From the NCBI GenBank assembly GCA_963770565.1, contig CAVYQE010000001.1, positions 1,440,001 through 1,504,000 of the forward strand: a DNA stretch of 64,000 nt, in the 5' to 3' direction. Within the stretch, counting starts at the first letter, position 1. Each line of letters opens with the position of its first letter. Positions 28,302 to 39,609 of the stretch are shown in pieces. This stretch comes from an uncultured Actinomycetota bacterium (lineage in GTDB: Bacteria; Actinomycetota; Actinomycetes; JAFAQI01). The notes beneath the pieces were generated by a model. It was not told the origin of the DNA. It saw nothing but the letters and a program-made list of their open reading frames with translations, and searched no databases. Made by a program: the position numbers and the translations under genes.

Positions 28302-30758
28302 GTGGCAACCAAGGCTTCAGCGCGCCCTCGTTCGGCGACCCGCTCCCGCAGCGCGGCGCCGGCCCGGCGCAAGCCCGCCACCCGTAAGGCCTCGAGCCGC
28401 CGTGCACCCGCTCGCAAGCCGGCCGCCCGTCGGCGGCCCGCGGCGCGGCGGCCGGCCCGTCGGGGACCCGGGATCCCGACCCGGATCGCCCGCGCCTTCG
28501 GCCGGATGTTCATCGGCCTGTGGATGCTGCTCGCGCACGGGGTGGGCGCGGTCGCCCGTTCGCTCGGCGGCGGTGCCCGCGACCTCGATCCCGCGCATCG
28601 CCGCGACGGGATCGGGCTGGCGTGTCTCGGCGCGGCGCTGGTCGTGGCGCTCGGTGCCTGGGCCGACTCGGCCGGCCCGCTCGGTCACCACCTGACGTCG
28701 ATCCTGCGTGAGCTGTGCGGCTCCGGCGTCATGCTCCTGCCGGCCGCACTCGCGATCGGTGCGGTGGTGCTGCTGCGCCGGCCACGACCGGACGCGCCCC
28801 GGGGCCGGGTGGCAGTCGGGTGGATCGCGATCACGGTCGGCCTGCTGGGCATCCTCGATCTCGCCCACGGCGATCCGACCGGTGCCGCCGCGCGACGCGG
28901 TGCCGGCGGGCTGCTCGGGGTCCTGGCCGGCTCACCACTCGGCACTGCGCTGACCGCATACCTCGCGGTCCCGATCCTCGGCCTCATCGCGATCTTCGGC
29001 GTACTCGTCGTGACCGGCACTCCGCTGCATGCGGTGCCGGACCGGCTGCGGGCGATCGGCCACCGGCCGGAGCCCGATGTCATCGACCTCGACGAAGGCA
29101 CGCTACCGACCGAACCGATCAAGCGCGGCCGGGGCCTGCGGCGCGCGGCGGCGGCGATCAAGACCGACCCGGACGCGCCGTTCGCGGCCTCGCCGCTGCT
29201 CGCCGAGGGCGCGCCCGAGCCGCCGCAGGTGATCACCTTGCCCGACGCGGGCGAGTCGGCGCAGCCCAAGCCGGCCCGGCAGCTGCGCCTCGGTGACGGC
29301 ACCTACCAGCTTCCACCGCTGACGATCCTGCGCGAAGGATCGGCGCCGCGCGCGCGGAGCAAGGCCAACGACGTGGTGATCGAGTCGCTCACCCAAGTGT
29401 TCCGGGAGTTCGACGCCGACGCGGCAGTTACCGGCTTCACTCGCGGGCCGACCGTCACCCGCTACGAAGTGGAGCTCGGTCCCGCGGTCAAGGTCGAGCG
29501 GATCAAGGCGCTGCAACGCAACATCGCGTACGCCGTGAAGAGCCCGGACGTGCGGATCATCGACGTCATCCCCGGCAAGTCGGCGATCGGGATCGAGATT
29601 CCCAACGTCGACCGGGAGACCGTCAGTCTCGGTGACGTGCTGCGCTCACCGGTCGCGAGCCGCGACCACCACCCGCTCGTGGTCGCACTCGGCAAGGACG
29701 TCGAGGGTCGCTACATCGCCGCCAACCTCGCGAAGATGCCGCACATCCTCATCGCCGGTGCGACCGGTGCGGGCAAGAGCACCTGCATCAACGCGCTGAT
29801 CGCATCGGTGCTCGCGCGGTCGACACCCGACGAGGTGCGGCTGGTGCTGATCGATCCGAAGCGGGTCGAACTCACGCATTACCAAGGGATTCCGCAACTC
29901 ATCACTCCGATCATCACCAACCCGAAGAAGGCCGCGGAAGCGCTGCAGTGGGTCGTGCGCGAGATGGAGCTGCGCTACGACGACATGGAGGTCGCCGGCG
30001 TCCGGCACGTCGACGACTACAACGCCAAGGTGCGCGCGGGCAAGATGGTGACGCCGCCAGGCAGTGACCGGACGTTCTCGACGCATCCGTATCTGCTCGT
30101 CGTCGTCGACGAGCTTGCCGACCTGATGATGGTCGCGCCGCGCGACGTCGAAGACGCGATCGTGCGGATCACCCAGCTTGCGCGCGCGGCCGGCATCCAC
30201 CTTGTCCTCGCGACGCAGCGACCGAGTGTCGACGTCGTGACCGGGTTGATCAAGGCCAACGTCCCGAGTCGGCTCGCGTTCGCCACCGCGAGCCTCGCCG
30301 ACTCCCGGGTCATCCTTGACCAGCCCGGTGCGGAGAAGCTCGTCGGCGGCGGTGACGCGTTGTTCCTGCCGATGGGGGAGAGCAAGCCGATCCGGTTGCA
30401 AGGTGCCTACGTCTCCGACGGCGAGATCGAGGCGATCGTCAAACACTGTGCGGCGCAGATGCAGCCGAGCTATCGCGAGGACATCACGGCGCCCGCGCCG
30501 AGCCGGCGCGAGACCGACGACGAGGTTGGCGATGATCTTGATCTGCTGTGCCAGGCGGTGGAGTTGGTCGTGACCACCCAGTTCGGGTCGACCTCGATGC
30601 TGCAGCGCAAGCTGCGGGTCGGTTTCGCGAAGGCCGGTCGGCTGATGGACCTGATGGAAAGCCGCGGCGTGGTCGGGCCCAGCGAGGGTTCGAAGGCCCG
30701 CGACGTGCTCGTGCGGCCGGAAGAGCTCGACGCGATCATCGCGGCCCTGCGCGGGTAG
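28302..30758 (+). CDS. ftsK: DNA translocase FtsK
   Basis: TM N-domain, GPTVTRYE, AGATGAGKS, VVDELADLMM, ATQRPSVDV, gamma domain SMLQRKLRVGFAKAGRLMD. Confidence 0.96.
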   Translation: MATKASARPRSATRSRSAAPARRKPATRKASSRRAPARKPAARRRPAARRPARRGPGIPTRIARAFGRMFIGLWMLLAHGVGAVARSLGGGARDLDPAHRRDGIGLACLGAALVVALGAWADSAGPLGHHLTSILRELCGSGVMLLPAALAIGAVVLLRRPRPDAPRGRVAVGWIAITVGLLGILDLAHGDPTGAAARRGAGGLLGVLAGSPLGTALTAYLAVPILGLIAIFGVLVVTGTPLHAVPDRLRAIGHRPEPDVIDLDEGTLPTEPIKRGRGLRRAAAAIKTDPDAPFAASPLLAEGAPEPPQVITLPDAGESAQPKPARQLRLGDGTYQLPPLTILREGSAPRARSKANDVVIESLTQVFREFDADAAVTGFTRGPTVTRYEVELGPAVKVERIKALQRNIAYAVKSPDVRIIDVIPGKSAIGIEIPNVDRETVSLGDVLRSPVASRDHHPLVVALGKDVEGRYIAANLAKMPHILIAGATGAGKSTCINALIASVLARSTPDEVRLVLIDPKRVELTHYQGIPQLITPIITNPKKAAEALQWVVREMELRYDDMEVAGVRHVDDYNAKVRAGKMVTPPGSDRTFSTHPYLLVVVDELADLMMVAPRDVEDAIVRITQLARAAGIHLVLATQRPSVDVVTGLIKANVPSRLAFATASLADSRVILDQPGAEKLVGGGDALFLPMGESKPIRLQGAYVSDGEIEAIVKHCAAQMQPSYREDITAPAPSRRETDDEVGDDLDLLCQAVELVVTTQFGSTSMLQRKLRVGFAKAGRLMDLMESRGVVGPSEGSKARDVLVRPEELDAIIAALRG

Positions 30759-30831
30759 GCCGACCGGGCGAAATCTGGCCCGTTGCCGATGCTTTAGGTC
30801 GGTCCTAGACTGGGTACTTCACGAGCACCCT

Positions 30832-31611
30832 ATGAAGGCCGGTTCTTTGACCGTCGGCGAAATTCTCTCAGACGCCCGACGTACGCGAGGGCTCTCGGTG
30901 GACGATGTCGCCGCCGAGACTTGCATCCGTGCCACCTTGATCCGGGCCATCGAGGTGGACGATTTTCGGCTCTGTGGCGGCGATGTCTACGCCCGTGGCC
31001 ACATCCGCAGCATCGCGAAGGTGGTCGGGGTCGACCCGACCCCGCTGATCGCGGACTTCGACACCACGCACGAGGTCGAGCGGGTCGTGGCGGCGGTCGC
31101 GGCGCCGCCGGCCAGCCGGGAGATCGTGGCCCGGTCCGAGCCGCGCCGGCCCAACTGGACCGCAGCGATGGCCACCGCGCTCGCCGTGATCTGCGTGCTC
31201 GCCCTCGGTGCCCTGATCACCCACCATCCTGCGGGCAAGAGCGGGCCGCAGGCCAAGACGCCGCCGGCGGGCTCCGGACACCACCCGACCGCGACGCCGA
31301 ACCCCGCCCTGTCCTCGCCTCCGCCGGTGGTTCAGCAGGCCGCGGCTCGCGCGACGATGTCGGTCCGCACCGTGCACGGGCGGACCTGGCTGTCGATCAC
31401 CTCGAAGACGGGGACCTTGCTGTTCGAGGGGATCCTCGCGCCCGGAGAGCAGAAGACGTTCACCAACCGGCACGGCCTGGCCTACGTGATCGGCAATGCG
31501 CCGGCGGTCGATGTGGTGGTCAACGGGCACGACATCGGGTCGCCGCCGTCGTCGGGAAACGTGTCGCGGGGCGACGTCCGCCCGGGCGCCGACACGGTCC
31601 AGCAGGCCTGA
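30832..31611 (+). CDS. rodZ: RodZ-like HTH / DUF4115 membrane protein
   Basis: N-terminal HTH (YARGHIRSIA), single TM, C-terminal IGNAPAV; ftsK-rimO synteny. Confidence 0.8.
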   Translation: MKAGSLTVGEILSDARRTRGLSVDDVAAETCIRATLIRAIEVDDFRLCGGDVYARGHIRSIAKVVGVDPTPLIADFDTTHEVERVVAAVAAPPASREIVARSEPRRPNWTAAMATALAVICVLALGALITHHPAGKSGPQAKTPPAGSGHHPTATPNPALSSPPPVVQQAAARATMSVRTVHGRTWLSITSKTGTLLFEGILAPGEQKTFTNRHGLAYVIGNAPAVDVVVNGHDIGSPPSSGNVSRGDVRPGADTVQQA

Positions 31612-31638
31612 GCGCCGCCGAAGCCCTAGCCTGGCACG

Positions 31639-32982
31639 GTGCCCCGCTCGGTCGCCCTCGTCACCTTGGGCTGTGCCCGTAACGAGGTCGACTCCGAGGA
31701 GCTGGCCGGCCGGCTCGACGGCGAGGGCTGGCAGCTCGTCGACGACGCCGAGTCCGCCGACGTCGTCATGGTCAACACCTGTGGCTTCGTGGAAGCGGCC
31801 AAGCGGGACAGCATCGAGACCTTGCTGGGCGCGGCCGAGTCGGGCCGGCCGGTGGTCGCGGTCGGATGCCTGGCCGAGCGGTACGGCGACCAGCTCGCGC
31901 GGGAGCTCACCGAGGTCACCGTGCTCGGCTTCGACGACTATGCCGCGATCGGTGCCCGCCTCGATGACGTGGTCGACGGCAAGCCGCTGGTGCCGCATAC
32001 CCCTAAGGACCGGCGGACGTTGCTACCGGTCGTGCCGGTCGAGCGCTCGACCCGGAGGACCGAAGTCGTTGCGCGGCGGCGCCTCGACCAAGGTCCGGTC
32101 GCGCCGCTGCGGCTGGCCTCCGGGTGCGACCGGCGGTGCGCATTCTGCGCGATCCCGACCTTCCGCGGCGCGTTCGTGTCCCGGCTGCCGGAGGAGGTGG
32201 TGGCCGAGGCGCAGTGGCTGGCCTCGACCGGCGTCCGCGAGCTGCTGCTGGTCAGCGAGAACTCGACGTCGTACGGCAAGGATCTCGCCGATCTCCGCGC
32301 GCTCGAGAAGCTGTTGCCGCAGCTCGCCGCGATCGAAGGCATCGCGCGGGTCCGGGTGTCTTACCTGCAGCCGGCCGAGATGCGGCCGTCGCTGATCGAG
32401 GTCATGACCGGGACGCGCGGGGTGGCGGCGTACTTCGACTTGTCCTTCCAGCATGCGAGTGAGCCGTTGTTGCGGCGGATGCGGCGCTTCGGCGGCACCG
32501 AGCGGTTCCTCGAGCTGCTCGCCGCGATCCGGTCCCGGATCCCGAGCGCGGGGGTGCGCAGCAACGTCATCGTCGGGTTCCCTGGCGAAAGCGACGCCGA
32601 CGTCGCGGAGCTCGAGCGGTTCCTGACCGAGGCCGGCCTCGACGCGATCGGGGTGTTCGGCTATTCGGCCGAGGACGGCACCGAGGCGGCCGGGCTGCCC
32701 GACCAGATCGCGGCCGAGGTGGTTGCGGAGCGGGTCGAGCGGATCGCCTCGCTCGCCGACGAGCTGGTGGCCCAGCGCGCCGAAGACCGGATCGGCGAGG
32801 CGGTGGAGGTGCTGATCCAGTCGATCGACGGTGCCTCGGCCCTCGGTAACGCCGAACATCAGGCGCCGGAGGTCGACGGAGCCGTCACCGTCCGAGGCCT
32901 GCGCAACCCGGCCGTCGGTGACGTGGTGCTCGCGACCGTCTGCGGCACCGAGGGCGTTGATCTGCTTGCGGTGACGGAGTGA
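31639..32982 (+). CDS. rimO: Ribosomal protein S12 methylthiotransferase
   Basis: [25 protein letters not shown] radical SAM motif, APEVDG. Confidence 0.95.
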   Translation: MPRSVALVTLGCARNEVDSEELAGRLDGEGWQLVDDAESADVVMVNTCGFVEAAKRDSIETLLGAAESGRPVVAVGCLAERYGDQLARELTEVTVLGFDDYAAIGARLDDVVDGKPLVPHTPKDRRTLLPVVPVERSTRRTEVVARRRLDQGPVAPLRLASGCDRRCAFCAIPTFRGAFVSRLPEEVVAEAQWLASTGVRELLLVSENSTSYGKDLADLRALEKLLPQLAAIEGIARVRVSYLQPAEMRPSLIEVMTGTRGVAAYFDLSFQHASEPLLRRMRRFGGTERFLELLAAIRSRIPSAGVRSNVIVGFPGESDADVAELERFLTEAGLDAIGVFGYSAEDGTEAAGLPDQIAAEVVAERVERIASLADELVAQRAEDRIGEAVEVLIQSIDGASALGNAEHQAPEVDGAVTVRGLRNPAVGDVVLATVCGTEGVDLLAVTE

Positions 32983-33650
32983 GTGACCCAGGCGGGCCGG
33001 CGCTGCCACGGCTAGTGCCGACGATGTTGACCCCGCCCAAGCCCGACCAGATGGGCGATCCGGTCAGCGGCGCGAAGGTCGCCAACGTCGCCAACGGATT
33101 GACCCTGGTCCGCTTGCTGCTCGTGCCGGTCTTCGTCGTACTGCTTGCGCACAACTCAGGGGAGTCGAACGGCTGGCGGATATGGGCGTTCGTCGCCTTC
33201 GCCGCGGCCTGCATCACCGACCTGATCGACGGCGATGTCGCCCGGCGATGCGACCTGGTCACCGATGTCGGCAAGATCGCTGATCCGATCGCGGACAAGG
33301 CGCTCACCGGCTCGGCGCTGCTCAGCCTGTCGGCATTGGGGTTCTTGCCGTGGTGGGTGACCGCGGTCGTGCTGGCCCGGGAGTTGGGAATCACCGGTTT
33401 GCGGTTCTTCGTGATTCGGCACGGGGTCATCCCGGCCAGCCGGGGCGGCAAGCTGAAGACGCTCGTGCAGAACATCGCGATCGGCTGTTACGTGCTTCCC
33501 TTCACCGGAGCGTTGGCCAGTGCCCGGTTCTGGGTGATGGGGATCGCACTCGTCCTCACGGCGGTGACCGGTGCTGACTATGTGTCCAAGGCTTTGACAC
33601 TGCGTCGAACCAGCGCGCGTACGGCGTGGAAGCTACGCAGCCGGGCATGA
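32979..33650 (+). CDS. pgsA: CDP-diacylglycerol--glycerol-3-phosphate 3-phosphatidyltransferase
   Basis: [33 protein letters not shown]. Confidence 0.92.
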   Translation: MSDPGGPALPRLVPTMLTPPKPDQMGDPVSGAKVANVANGLTLVRLLLVPVFVVLLAHNSGESNGWRIWAFVAFAAACITDLIDGDVARRCDLVTDVGKIADPIADKALTGSALLSLSALGFLPWWVTAVVLARELGITGLRFFVIRHGVIPASRGGKLKTLVQNIAIGCYVLPFTGALASARFWVMGIALVLTAVTGADYVSKALTLRRTSARTAWKLRSRA

Positions 33651-34126
33651 GCGAACTGGCTGCCGACGTGCACGAGCGGCTGCTCGGCCGCAGCGAAACC
33701 GTTGCGACTGCGGAGTCCCTGACCGGCGGCCTCGTCGGCGCCGCGCTGACAACGACACCGGGCGCGTCCTTGACGTACCGCGGTGGTCTGATCGTGTACG
33801 CGACCGACCTGAAGGCCGCACTGGCCGGAGTTTCGTTGGAATTGCTCGAAAAGCACGGTGCGGTCGACCCCGACGTCGCCGGCGCGCTCGCGGTCGGTGT
33901 ACGCGATCGGCTCGCCGCGACCTGGGGTCTCGGCCTGACCGGTGTCGCCGGACCGGACCCGCAGGACGGCCAGCCGGTCGGGACGTTGTACGTCGCGATC
34001 GCCGGGCCGAGCGGTGAGCCACAGGTCGCGTCGGCCGTGCTCTCCGGCGGCCGTGACGCGATCCGCTCCGGTGCGGTCGAGCTGGCTTTGACACTCCTGC
34101 GGGACAGGCTTGCCGACGCCGAGTAA
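33647..34126 (+). CDS. cinA: CinA C-terminal family protein (NMN deamidase-like)
   Basis: ATAESLTGGL, TGVAGPD, PVGTLY. Confidence 0.88.
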   Translation: MSELAADVHERLLGRSETVATAESLTGGLVGAALTTTPGASLTYRGGLIVYATDLKAALAGVSLELLEKHGAVDPDVAGALAVGVRDRLAATWGLGLTGVAGPDPQDGQPVGTLYVAIAGPSGEPQVASAVLSGGRDAIRSGAVELALTLLRDRLADAE

Positions 34127-34135
34127 CGTGGATGG

Positions 34136-34555
34136 ATGGTCTTGCTCCGCCGCCTGCTGGGCGATGTTCTCCGCCGCCACCGGCTCCGCCAGTCGCGAAC
34201 TCTGCGCGATGTCAGTAGTGCCGCCGGCGTCTCGCTGGGTTACCTTTCCGAGGTCGAACGCGGCCGCAAGGAGGCGTCGAGTGAACTGCTTGCCGCGATC
34301 TGCGGGGCGCTCGAGGTCTCGCTCGCCGAGGTTCTTCGCGAGGTCAGCGACGACCTGGCCCGGGACGAGCGCCGCCGCCGGTTGGCGCCGGTGGGCTTCA
34401 CGATGACGCCTCCGTCGATCTCTGCGCAGCCCGCGGCGAGCCGCGCGGTCGCCGGCCTGCCACCGCGGATCCCGGCCGCGCGCCCCTCCGCGCAGCCGGT
34501 TGCACCGGTGGCGCAGCTGGGAGCCGGATCAATGCGACCGGTTGTCGCGGCGTGA
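34136..34555 (+). CDS. clgR: XRE-family regulator, ClgR-like
   Basis: [25 protein letters not shown]; pgsA-cinA-clgR synteny. Confidence 0.85.
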   Translation: MVLLRRLLGDVLRRHRLRQSRTLRDVSSAAGVSLGYLSEVERGRKEASSELLAAICGALEVSLAEVLREVSDDLARDERRRRLAPVGFTMTPPSISAQPAASRAVAGLPPRIPAARPSAQPVAPVAQLGAGSMRPVVAA

Positions 34556-34556
34556 C

Positions 34557-35156
34557 GTGACCTCGCACCACTTCGCCTCGGCGGCACCGATCCACGAGCG
34601 GGGCCTGCACAGCCGCGCCGGCAACGCGATGGCCCGCACTCGCTCGGCCGTGCTCGACGGCGCTGCCCGGGCGGTCGAGAAGCACGGTGCCCGCAAGGCG
34701 ACGATGGCCGACATCGCCTCGCTCGCCGGCATCGCGAAGGGCACCCTCTACAACCACTTCCGGGCCAAAGAAGCGGTGTACGCCGCGGCGCTCGATGCCG
34801 GGATCCGCGGGCTGGCCGCTGAGTGCGTCGCGGCTGCGCAGGAGGATCTCGCCGAGGCACTCGCGCTCGCGGCCGAACGGATCGGCGGCCATCCGGCCCT
34901 TCGCCGGATCGCCTCGGACGAGCCGGCTGTGCTCGCCACCCTGATGACACCGACCGACATGCCGCTGTGGGGGCTGGCCCGGACTTCGGTCCGCGACGTG
35001 CTCGTGGCCGCCGGGGTCGCGACCAGCGCGGCGTCGATCGACCTGGTGGTGCGCTGGCTCACCAGCTTCATCGCCTCGCCCGGGATCGAGACCGCGAGGC
35101 AGGCCGAGCTGATCGCGGCCCCGTTGCTGCGACCCGCACTCGAGCTAGGCGCGTAG
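34557..35156 (+). CDS. TetR-family transcriptional regulator
   Basis: ATMADIASLAGIAKGTLYNHFRAKE; start uncertain. Confidence 0.85.
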   Translation: MTSHHFASAAPIHERGLHSRAGNAMARTRSAVLDGAARAVEKHGARKATMADIASLAGIAKGTLYNHFRAKEAVYAAALDAGIRGLAAECVAAAQEDLAEALALAAERIGGHPALRRIASDEPAVLATLMTPTDMPLWGLARTSVRDVLVAAGVATSAASIDLVVRWLTSFIASPGIETARQAELIAAPLLRPALELGA

Positions 35157-38100
35157 CCGGAGTCCTCGCGGGGTCGGGTGGAAGCCCGCATTCGCCAGCG
35201 CCGCACCGAGCGCGGAGTTGACCACGGACGCGCCGTCGGCGCGCTCGACGGCCAGCCGCCCGAGCAGTCCCTCGCGGACCGCGAGGGCCAGCGCATCGGC
35301 GGCCGGCTGGATCGTGGCGGGATCCTCGCTCCAGGACAGCAATGACTTGCCGCCGCGCTCGACGTACAGGCACAGCTCCCCGCCGACCAGCACGACCAGT
35401 GCTCCGGCCTTCCGGCCCGGCCGGTGCGCACCATCGTGGGCCGGCCAGCCGAGCGCCGCGCCGTACGGGTTGGCCGGGTCGTTGGCCGCGAGCACCACAG
35501 CGCCGCCGTCCGCGTCCGGTCGTCGTAACGCGGCCATCGACCGCATCCGGTCGACCGCCCCCGGCAACGCGAACTGCGCCGCACCGAGACCCTCGACGAA
35601 GTAGCCGCGCCGACAGCGTCCGGTGTCCTCGAAGGCGCGCAGGACCGGATAGAGCGCCGCGAACCCGCCCGGCACGTGCTCAGCTGCGACCGCGCCGCGG
35701 GTGAGCACGCCGTAGCGCTCGAGCAGGTTGTCCGCGACCGCGTGCAAGCGACGGGTCTGGTCGGTCGACCGCTCCGGCGGGGTCGACCAGCGCCCCACCG
35801 TGGTCGGCGGGCCGAGCCGGACGCCGAGTGCCGGCCGCGGCCGGCGCCGGCCACGCGGCGGGGCCGGGCGGGACCGGGTCGAGGCCAACCGGGCCCGCAA
35901 CGGGGCGAGCGTGTCGTTGGTCAGGTGCCCGGACCAGACCAGGTCCCACAGTGCGGTCGCCACGGCCGCGTCGTCGTGCCCCTCGACCCGGTCCGCGACC
36001 GCGCGGAAGAACAGCGCCCCGCCGCCGGCCAGCACCTCGAGGATCCGGGCGTGCAGCGGCGTCTCGGGCGGGTCGGTGAGCGGGGGCATCGACAGCGCGG
36101 CAGTGTCCGCGAGGTGCAGCGACACCCAGCCGTCGTGGCCGGGCAGCGCGCCCTCGCCGAGCCACAGCACCTCGCCGGTCGAGGTGAGCTCGTCGAGCAT
36201 GGTGGGCGAGTAGTCGGCGACCCGGCTCGGCAGCACGATCGTCTCCAGCATCGAGGCGGGCAGCGCGGCGCCGGCCAGCTGCTCGATCGATCGAAGCAAC
36301 GCGTCCATCCCGCGCCCGGCGTGCACTCCCACTCCCTGCCAGACCGGAAGGAACTCCCCGAGTGCCTCTGGAGCGACCGGCTCGACCTCCCGGCGCAGCT
36401 TCGCCATCGAGCGCCGGCGCAGGCTGCGGAGCACGGCGGCGTCGCACCACTCGAGCCCGAGCCCGCCCGGCCGGAACTCGCCCTGCACGATCTGCCCGGT
36501 CGCCGCGAGCCGGTGCAGGGTCTGCTCGACCACCGCGACGCCGAGCCCGAAGCGCTCGGCCACCGCGGCGCTGTGGAACGGACCGCGGCGCCGGGCGTAC
36601 CGCGCGACCAGATCGCCGAGCGGGTCTCGGACCGACTCGAGGAACACCGCCGGCAGGCCCATCGGCATCGGGGTGCCGAGCGCGTCCGCTACCCGGCTGG
36701 CGTCCTCGACCGCGAGCCAGCGCGACGTACCGCCGATCCGGACCCGGATCGCGCGCCGGGTCGCCTCCAGCTCGCCGGCCAGGGACGGGTCGGCCCCGCG
36801 CTCGGCCAGCTCCTCGTCGGAGAGGTCGCCGAGCACCCGGAGCGCGTCCGCGACGTCCTCGACGGTGCGCAGCCGGCGATCCGGCGTGAGCCAGGCGAGC
36901 TCGGCCTCGACCTCGGCGACCGCGTCCGGATCGAGCAGCTCACGAAGCTCGACGTTGCCGAGCAGCTCGGCCAGCAAGGTCGAGTCGAGCGCGAGTGCCG
37001 CGGCCCGCCGCTCCGCGAGCGGCTGGTCGCCTTCGTACATGAACTGGCCGATGTAGCCGAAGACCAGGCTGCGGGCGTACGGCGAGGGTTGCTGGGTCTC
37101 GACCTCGACCACCCGGACGGTGCGGCCGGCGATGTCGCGCATCAGCTCGACCAGACCGGGCACGTCGAAGACGTCCTGCAGGCACTCACGCATCGTCTCG
37201 AGGATCACCGGGAACGAGCCGTACTGACCGGCGACGCTCAGCAACTGCGCGGACCGCTGCCGCTGTTGCCACAGCGGCGCCCGCCGGCCCGGGTTGCGGC
37301 GCGGCAGCAACAACGCGCGGGCCGCGCACTCGCGGAACCGCGAGGCGAACAGGGCCGACCCGCCGAGCTCGCGGGTCACGATCTCCTCGATCTCTTCCGG
37401 GTCGAAGACGGTCAGGTCGGGGGGCGGCGCGTCGTCGGTCTCGGGCAGTCGCAGCACGATGCCGTCGTCGGTGTGCATGACCTGCACGTCCATCCCGCTT
37501 CGCTCGCGCATCCGGGCCTGCAGGGCCAACCCCCACGGTGCGTGGACCTGGGCGCCGAACGGCGAGTGGATGGTGACCCGCCAGTCGCCGAGCTCGTCGC
37601 GGAACCGTTCCACGACCACGGTGCGGTCGTCGGGCACGTGACCGGTCGCGGCCCGCTGCTCGCGCAGGTAGGACATCGTGTTGGTGGCGGCCCAGTCGTC
37701 GAGTCCGATCGAGTGCAGTCGCTCGACCGCTGCCTCGTCGCCGACCCGCTGCAGGTCGCGAACGAACCCGCCGAGGGCGCGGCCGAGCTCGAGCGGCCGG
37801 CCGAGGGAGTCGCCGTGCCAGAACGGCATCCGGCCGGGCTGCCCGGGCGCGGGGGAGACCAAGACCCGGTCGTGGGTGATCTCCTCGATCCGCCACGACG
37901 TGCTGCCGAGGGTGAACACCTCGCCGACCCGCGACTCGTAGACCATCTCCTCGTCGAGCTCGCCGACCCGGCTCTGCCGCTCGCCCACCAGGAACACCCC
38001 GAACAGTCCGCGGTCGGGGATCGTGCCGCCACTGGTCACGGCCAGCCGTTGTGCGCCGGGTCGCCCGGTGACCGTGCCGGTCACCCGGTCCCAGACGATC

Positions 38101-39554
38101 CGCGGCCGCAGCTCGGCGAACTCATCTGAGGGATAGCGGCCCGCGAGCATGTCGAGGGTCGCGGTCAGGGCCGAGTCGGGCAGTGCGGCGAACGGCGCGG
38201 CTCGTCGTACGACGGTTGCCAGCTCCTCGACCGGCCACGGCTCCATCGCGACCATCGCCACGATCTGCTGGGCCAGTACGTCGAGCGGGTTGCGCGGGGT
38301 GCGGATCGCCTCGATCTTCCCGCCGGACATCCGCTCGGCGATGACCGCGGCCGGCACCAGGTCGCCACGATGTTTGGGGAACATCACGCCGGTGCTGATC
38401 GCCCCGACGTGGTGGCCGGCCCGGCCGATCCGCTGCAGTCCCGATGCCACCGACGGCGGCGGCTCGACCTGCACCACGAGGTCGACCGCGCCCATGTCGA
38501 TGCCGAGCTCAAGACTGCTGGTGGCGACCACGCAGGGCAGGTCCCCGCGTTTGAGTGCCTCCTCGGTCAGTGCGCGCTGCTCGCGGCTGACGCTGCCGTG
38601 GTGGGCGCGGGCGATCTCGACCGGTTCGGTCGCGTCGGGCCGGCGCTCGGCGGCGATCTCGTTGAGCCGCGCGGTCAGCCGCTCGGCCAGCCGTCGTGAG
38701 TTGGCGAACACGATCGTGCTGTGGTGCGCCTCGATCAGATCGACGATGCGGCCCTCGACGGCGGGCCAGATGCTCGAGCCCGCCTCGGGTGTGTCGCCGG
38801 CGGTAGTGGGGCCGGCCAGCTCGGTCATGTCCGCGACGGGGACGACGATGCTGACCTCGATGGTCTTGGCAGCCGGCGGCGCCACGATCGTGACCGGGTG
38901 TGGTCCGCCGAGGAAGCGGGCCACCTCCTCGACCGGACGCACCGTCGCCGACAGCCCGATCCGCTGTGCCGGCGTCTCGAGCAGCTCGTCGAGGCGCTCG
39001 AGGCTGAGCGCGAGGTGCGCGCCGCGCTTGCTCCCGGCCATCGAGTGCACCTCGTCGACGATCACCGTCTCGATGCCGCGCAGGGACTCCCGGCTCTGGC
39101 TGGTCAGCAGCAGGAACAGCGACTCGGGGGTGGTGATGAGGATGTCGGCCGGCGCCCGCAGGAAGGCACGTCGTTGCTGGGCACTCGTGTCACCGGTGCG
39201 CATCGCGACCGAGACCGGACCCGCCTCGCCCCCGAGCCGGGCCGCGGCGTGGGTGATGCCCGCGAGCGGTGCCCGCAGGTTGCGGTCCACATCGACGGCG
39301 AGCGCCTTGAGCGGGCTGACGTAGAGGACCCGGCAGCGCCGCAGCGGGTCGGCCGGCGGCGGGGTCGAAATCAGGGCGTCGATCGCGTGCAGGAAGGCGG
39401 CCAGGGTCTTGCCGGAGCCGGTCGGCGCGATCACCAGGGCGTTGTGGCGCTCGCTGATCGCGTCCCACGCGCCGGCCTGGGCCGCGGTCGGCGCAGCGAA
39501 CGAGGACCGAAACCACTCCCGCGTCGGTGCGGAGAACCGGTCGAGGCCGCTCAT
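35145..39554 (-). CDS. lhr: Long Lhr-family ATP-dependent helicase
   Basis: APTGSGKT, SPLKAL, TTPESL, VDEVH, LSAT, SLELGIDMG, QRIGRAGH; C-terminal RRGYFVEGLGAAQF. Confidence 0.94.
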   Translation of the reverse strand: MSGLDRFSAPTREWFRSSFAAPTAAQAGAWDAISERHNALVIAPTGSGKTLAAFLHAIDALISTPPPADPLRRCRVLYVSPLKALAVDVDRNLRAPLAGITHAAARLGGEAGPVSVAMRTGDTSAQQRRAFLRAPADILITTPESLFLLLTSQSRESLRGIETVIVDEVHSMAGSKRGAHLALSLERLDELLETPAQRIGLSATVRPVEEVARFLGGPHPVTIVAPPAAKTIEVSIVVPVADMTELAGPTTAGDTPEAGSSIWPAVEGRIVDLIEAHHSTIVFANSRRLAERLTARLNEIAAERRPDATEPVEIARAHHGSVSREQRALTEEALKRGDLPCVVATSSLELGIDMGAVDLVVQVEPPPSVASGLQRIGRAGHHVGAISTGVMFPKHRGDLVPAAVIAERMSGGKIEAIRTPRNPLDVLAQQIVAMVAMEPWPVEELATVVRRAAPFAALPDSALTATLDMLAGRYPSDEFAELRPRIVWDRVTGTVTGRPGAQRLAVTSGGTIPDRGLFGVFLVGERQSRVGELDEEMVYESRVGEVFTLGSTSWRIEEITHDRVLVSPAPGQPGRMPFWHGDSLGRPLELGRALGGFVRDLQRVGDEAAVERLHSIGLDDWAATNTMSYLREQRAATGHVPDDRTVVVERFRDELGDWRVTIHSPFGAQVHAPWGLALQARMRERSGMDVQVMHTDDGIVLRLPETDDAPPPDLTVFDPEEIEEIVTRELGGSALFASRFRECAARALLLPRRNPGRRAPLWQQRQRSAQLLSVAGQYGSFPVILETMRECLQDVFDVPGLVELMRDIAGRTVRVVEVETQQPSPYARSLVFGYIGQFMYEGDQPLAERRAAALALDSTLLAELLGNVELRELLDPDAVAEVEAELAWLTPDRRLRTVEDVADALRVLGDLSDEELAERGADPSLAGELEATRRAIRVRIGGTSRWLAVEDASRVADALGTPMPMGLPAVFLESVRDPLGDLVARYARRRGPFHSAAVAERFGLGVAVVEQTLHRLAATGQIVQGEFRPGGLGLEWCDAAVLRSLRRRSMAKLRREVEPVAPEALGEFLPVWQGVGVHAGRGMDALLRSIEQLAGAALPASMLETIVLPSRVADYSPTMLDELTSTGEVLWLGEGALPGHDGWVSLHLADTAALSMPPLTDPPETPLHARILEVLAGGGALFFRAVADRVEGHDDAAVATALWDLVWSGHLTNDTLAPLRARLASTRSRPAPPRGRRRPRPALGVRLGPPTTVGRWSTPPERSTDQTRRLHAVADNLLERYGVLTRGAVAAEHVPGGFAALYPVLRAFEDTGRCRRGYFVEGLGAAQFALPGAVDRMRSMAALRRPDADGGAVVLAANDPANPYGAALGWPAHDGAHRPGRKAGALVVLVGGELCLYVERGGKSLLSWSEDPATIQPAADALALAVREGLLGRLAVERADGASVVNSALGAALANAGFHPTPRGLRLRA

Positions 39555-39560
39555 CCCGCC

Positions 39561-39582
39561 ATTGTGGTCCGCGGCTCCGACA
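39561..39582 (-). promoter_or_regulatory. PafBC-type promoter of lhr
   Basis: Minus strand TGTCGG-N10-CACAAT, 6 nt before ATG. Confidence 0.6.
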
Positions 39583-39609
39583 GCCCGGTCGCCGACATAG
39601 CGTGACCGG

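Noticed and set aside
28302-28470. Histone-like Arg/Lys/Ala repeats at the FtsK N-terminus
   Set aside because: Basic low-complexity tails are common in actinobacterial FtsK
29865-29910. Mild run of A/T-ending codons in ftsK
   Set aside because: Much weaker than the nrdJ patches and cannot be separated from noise without computation
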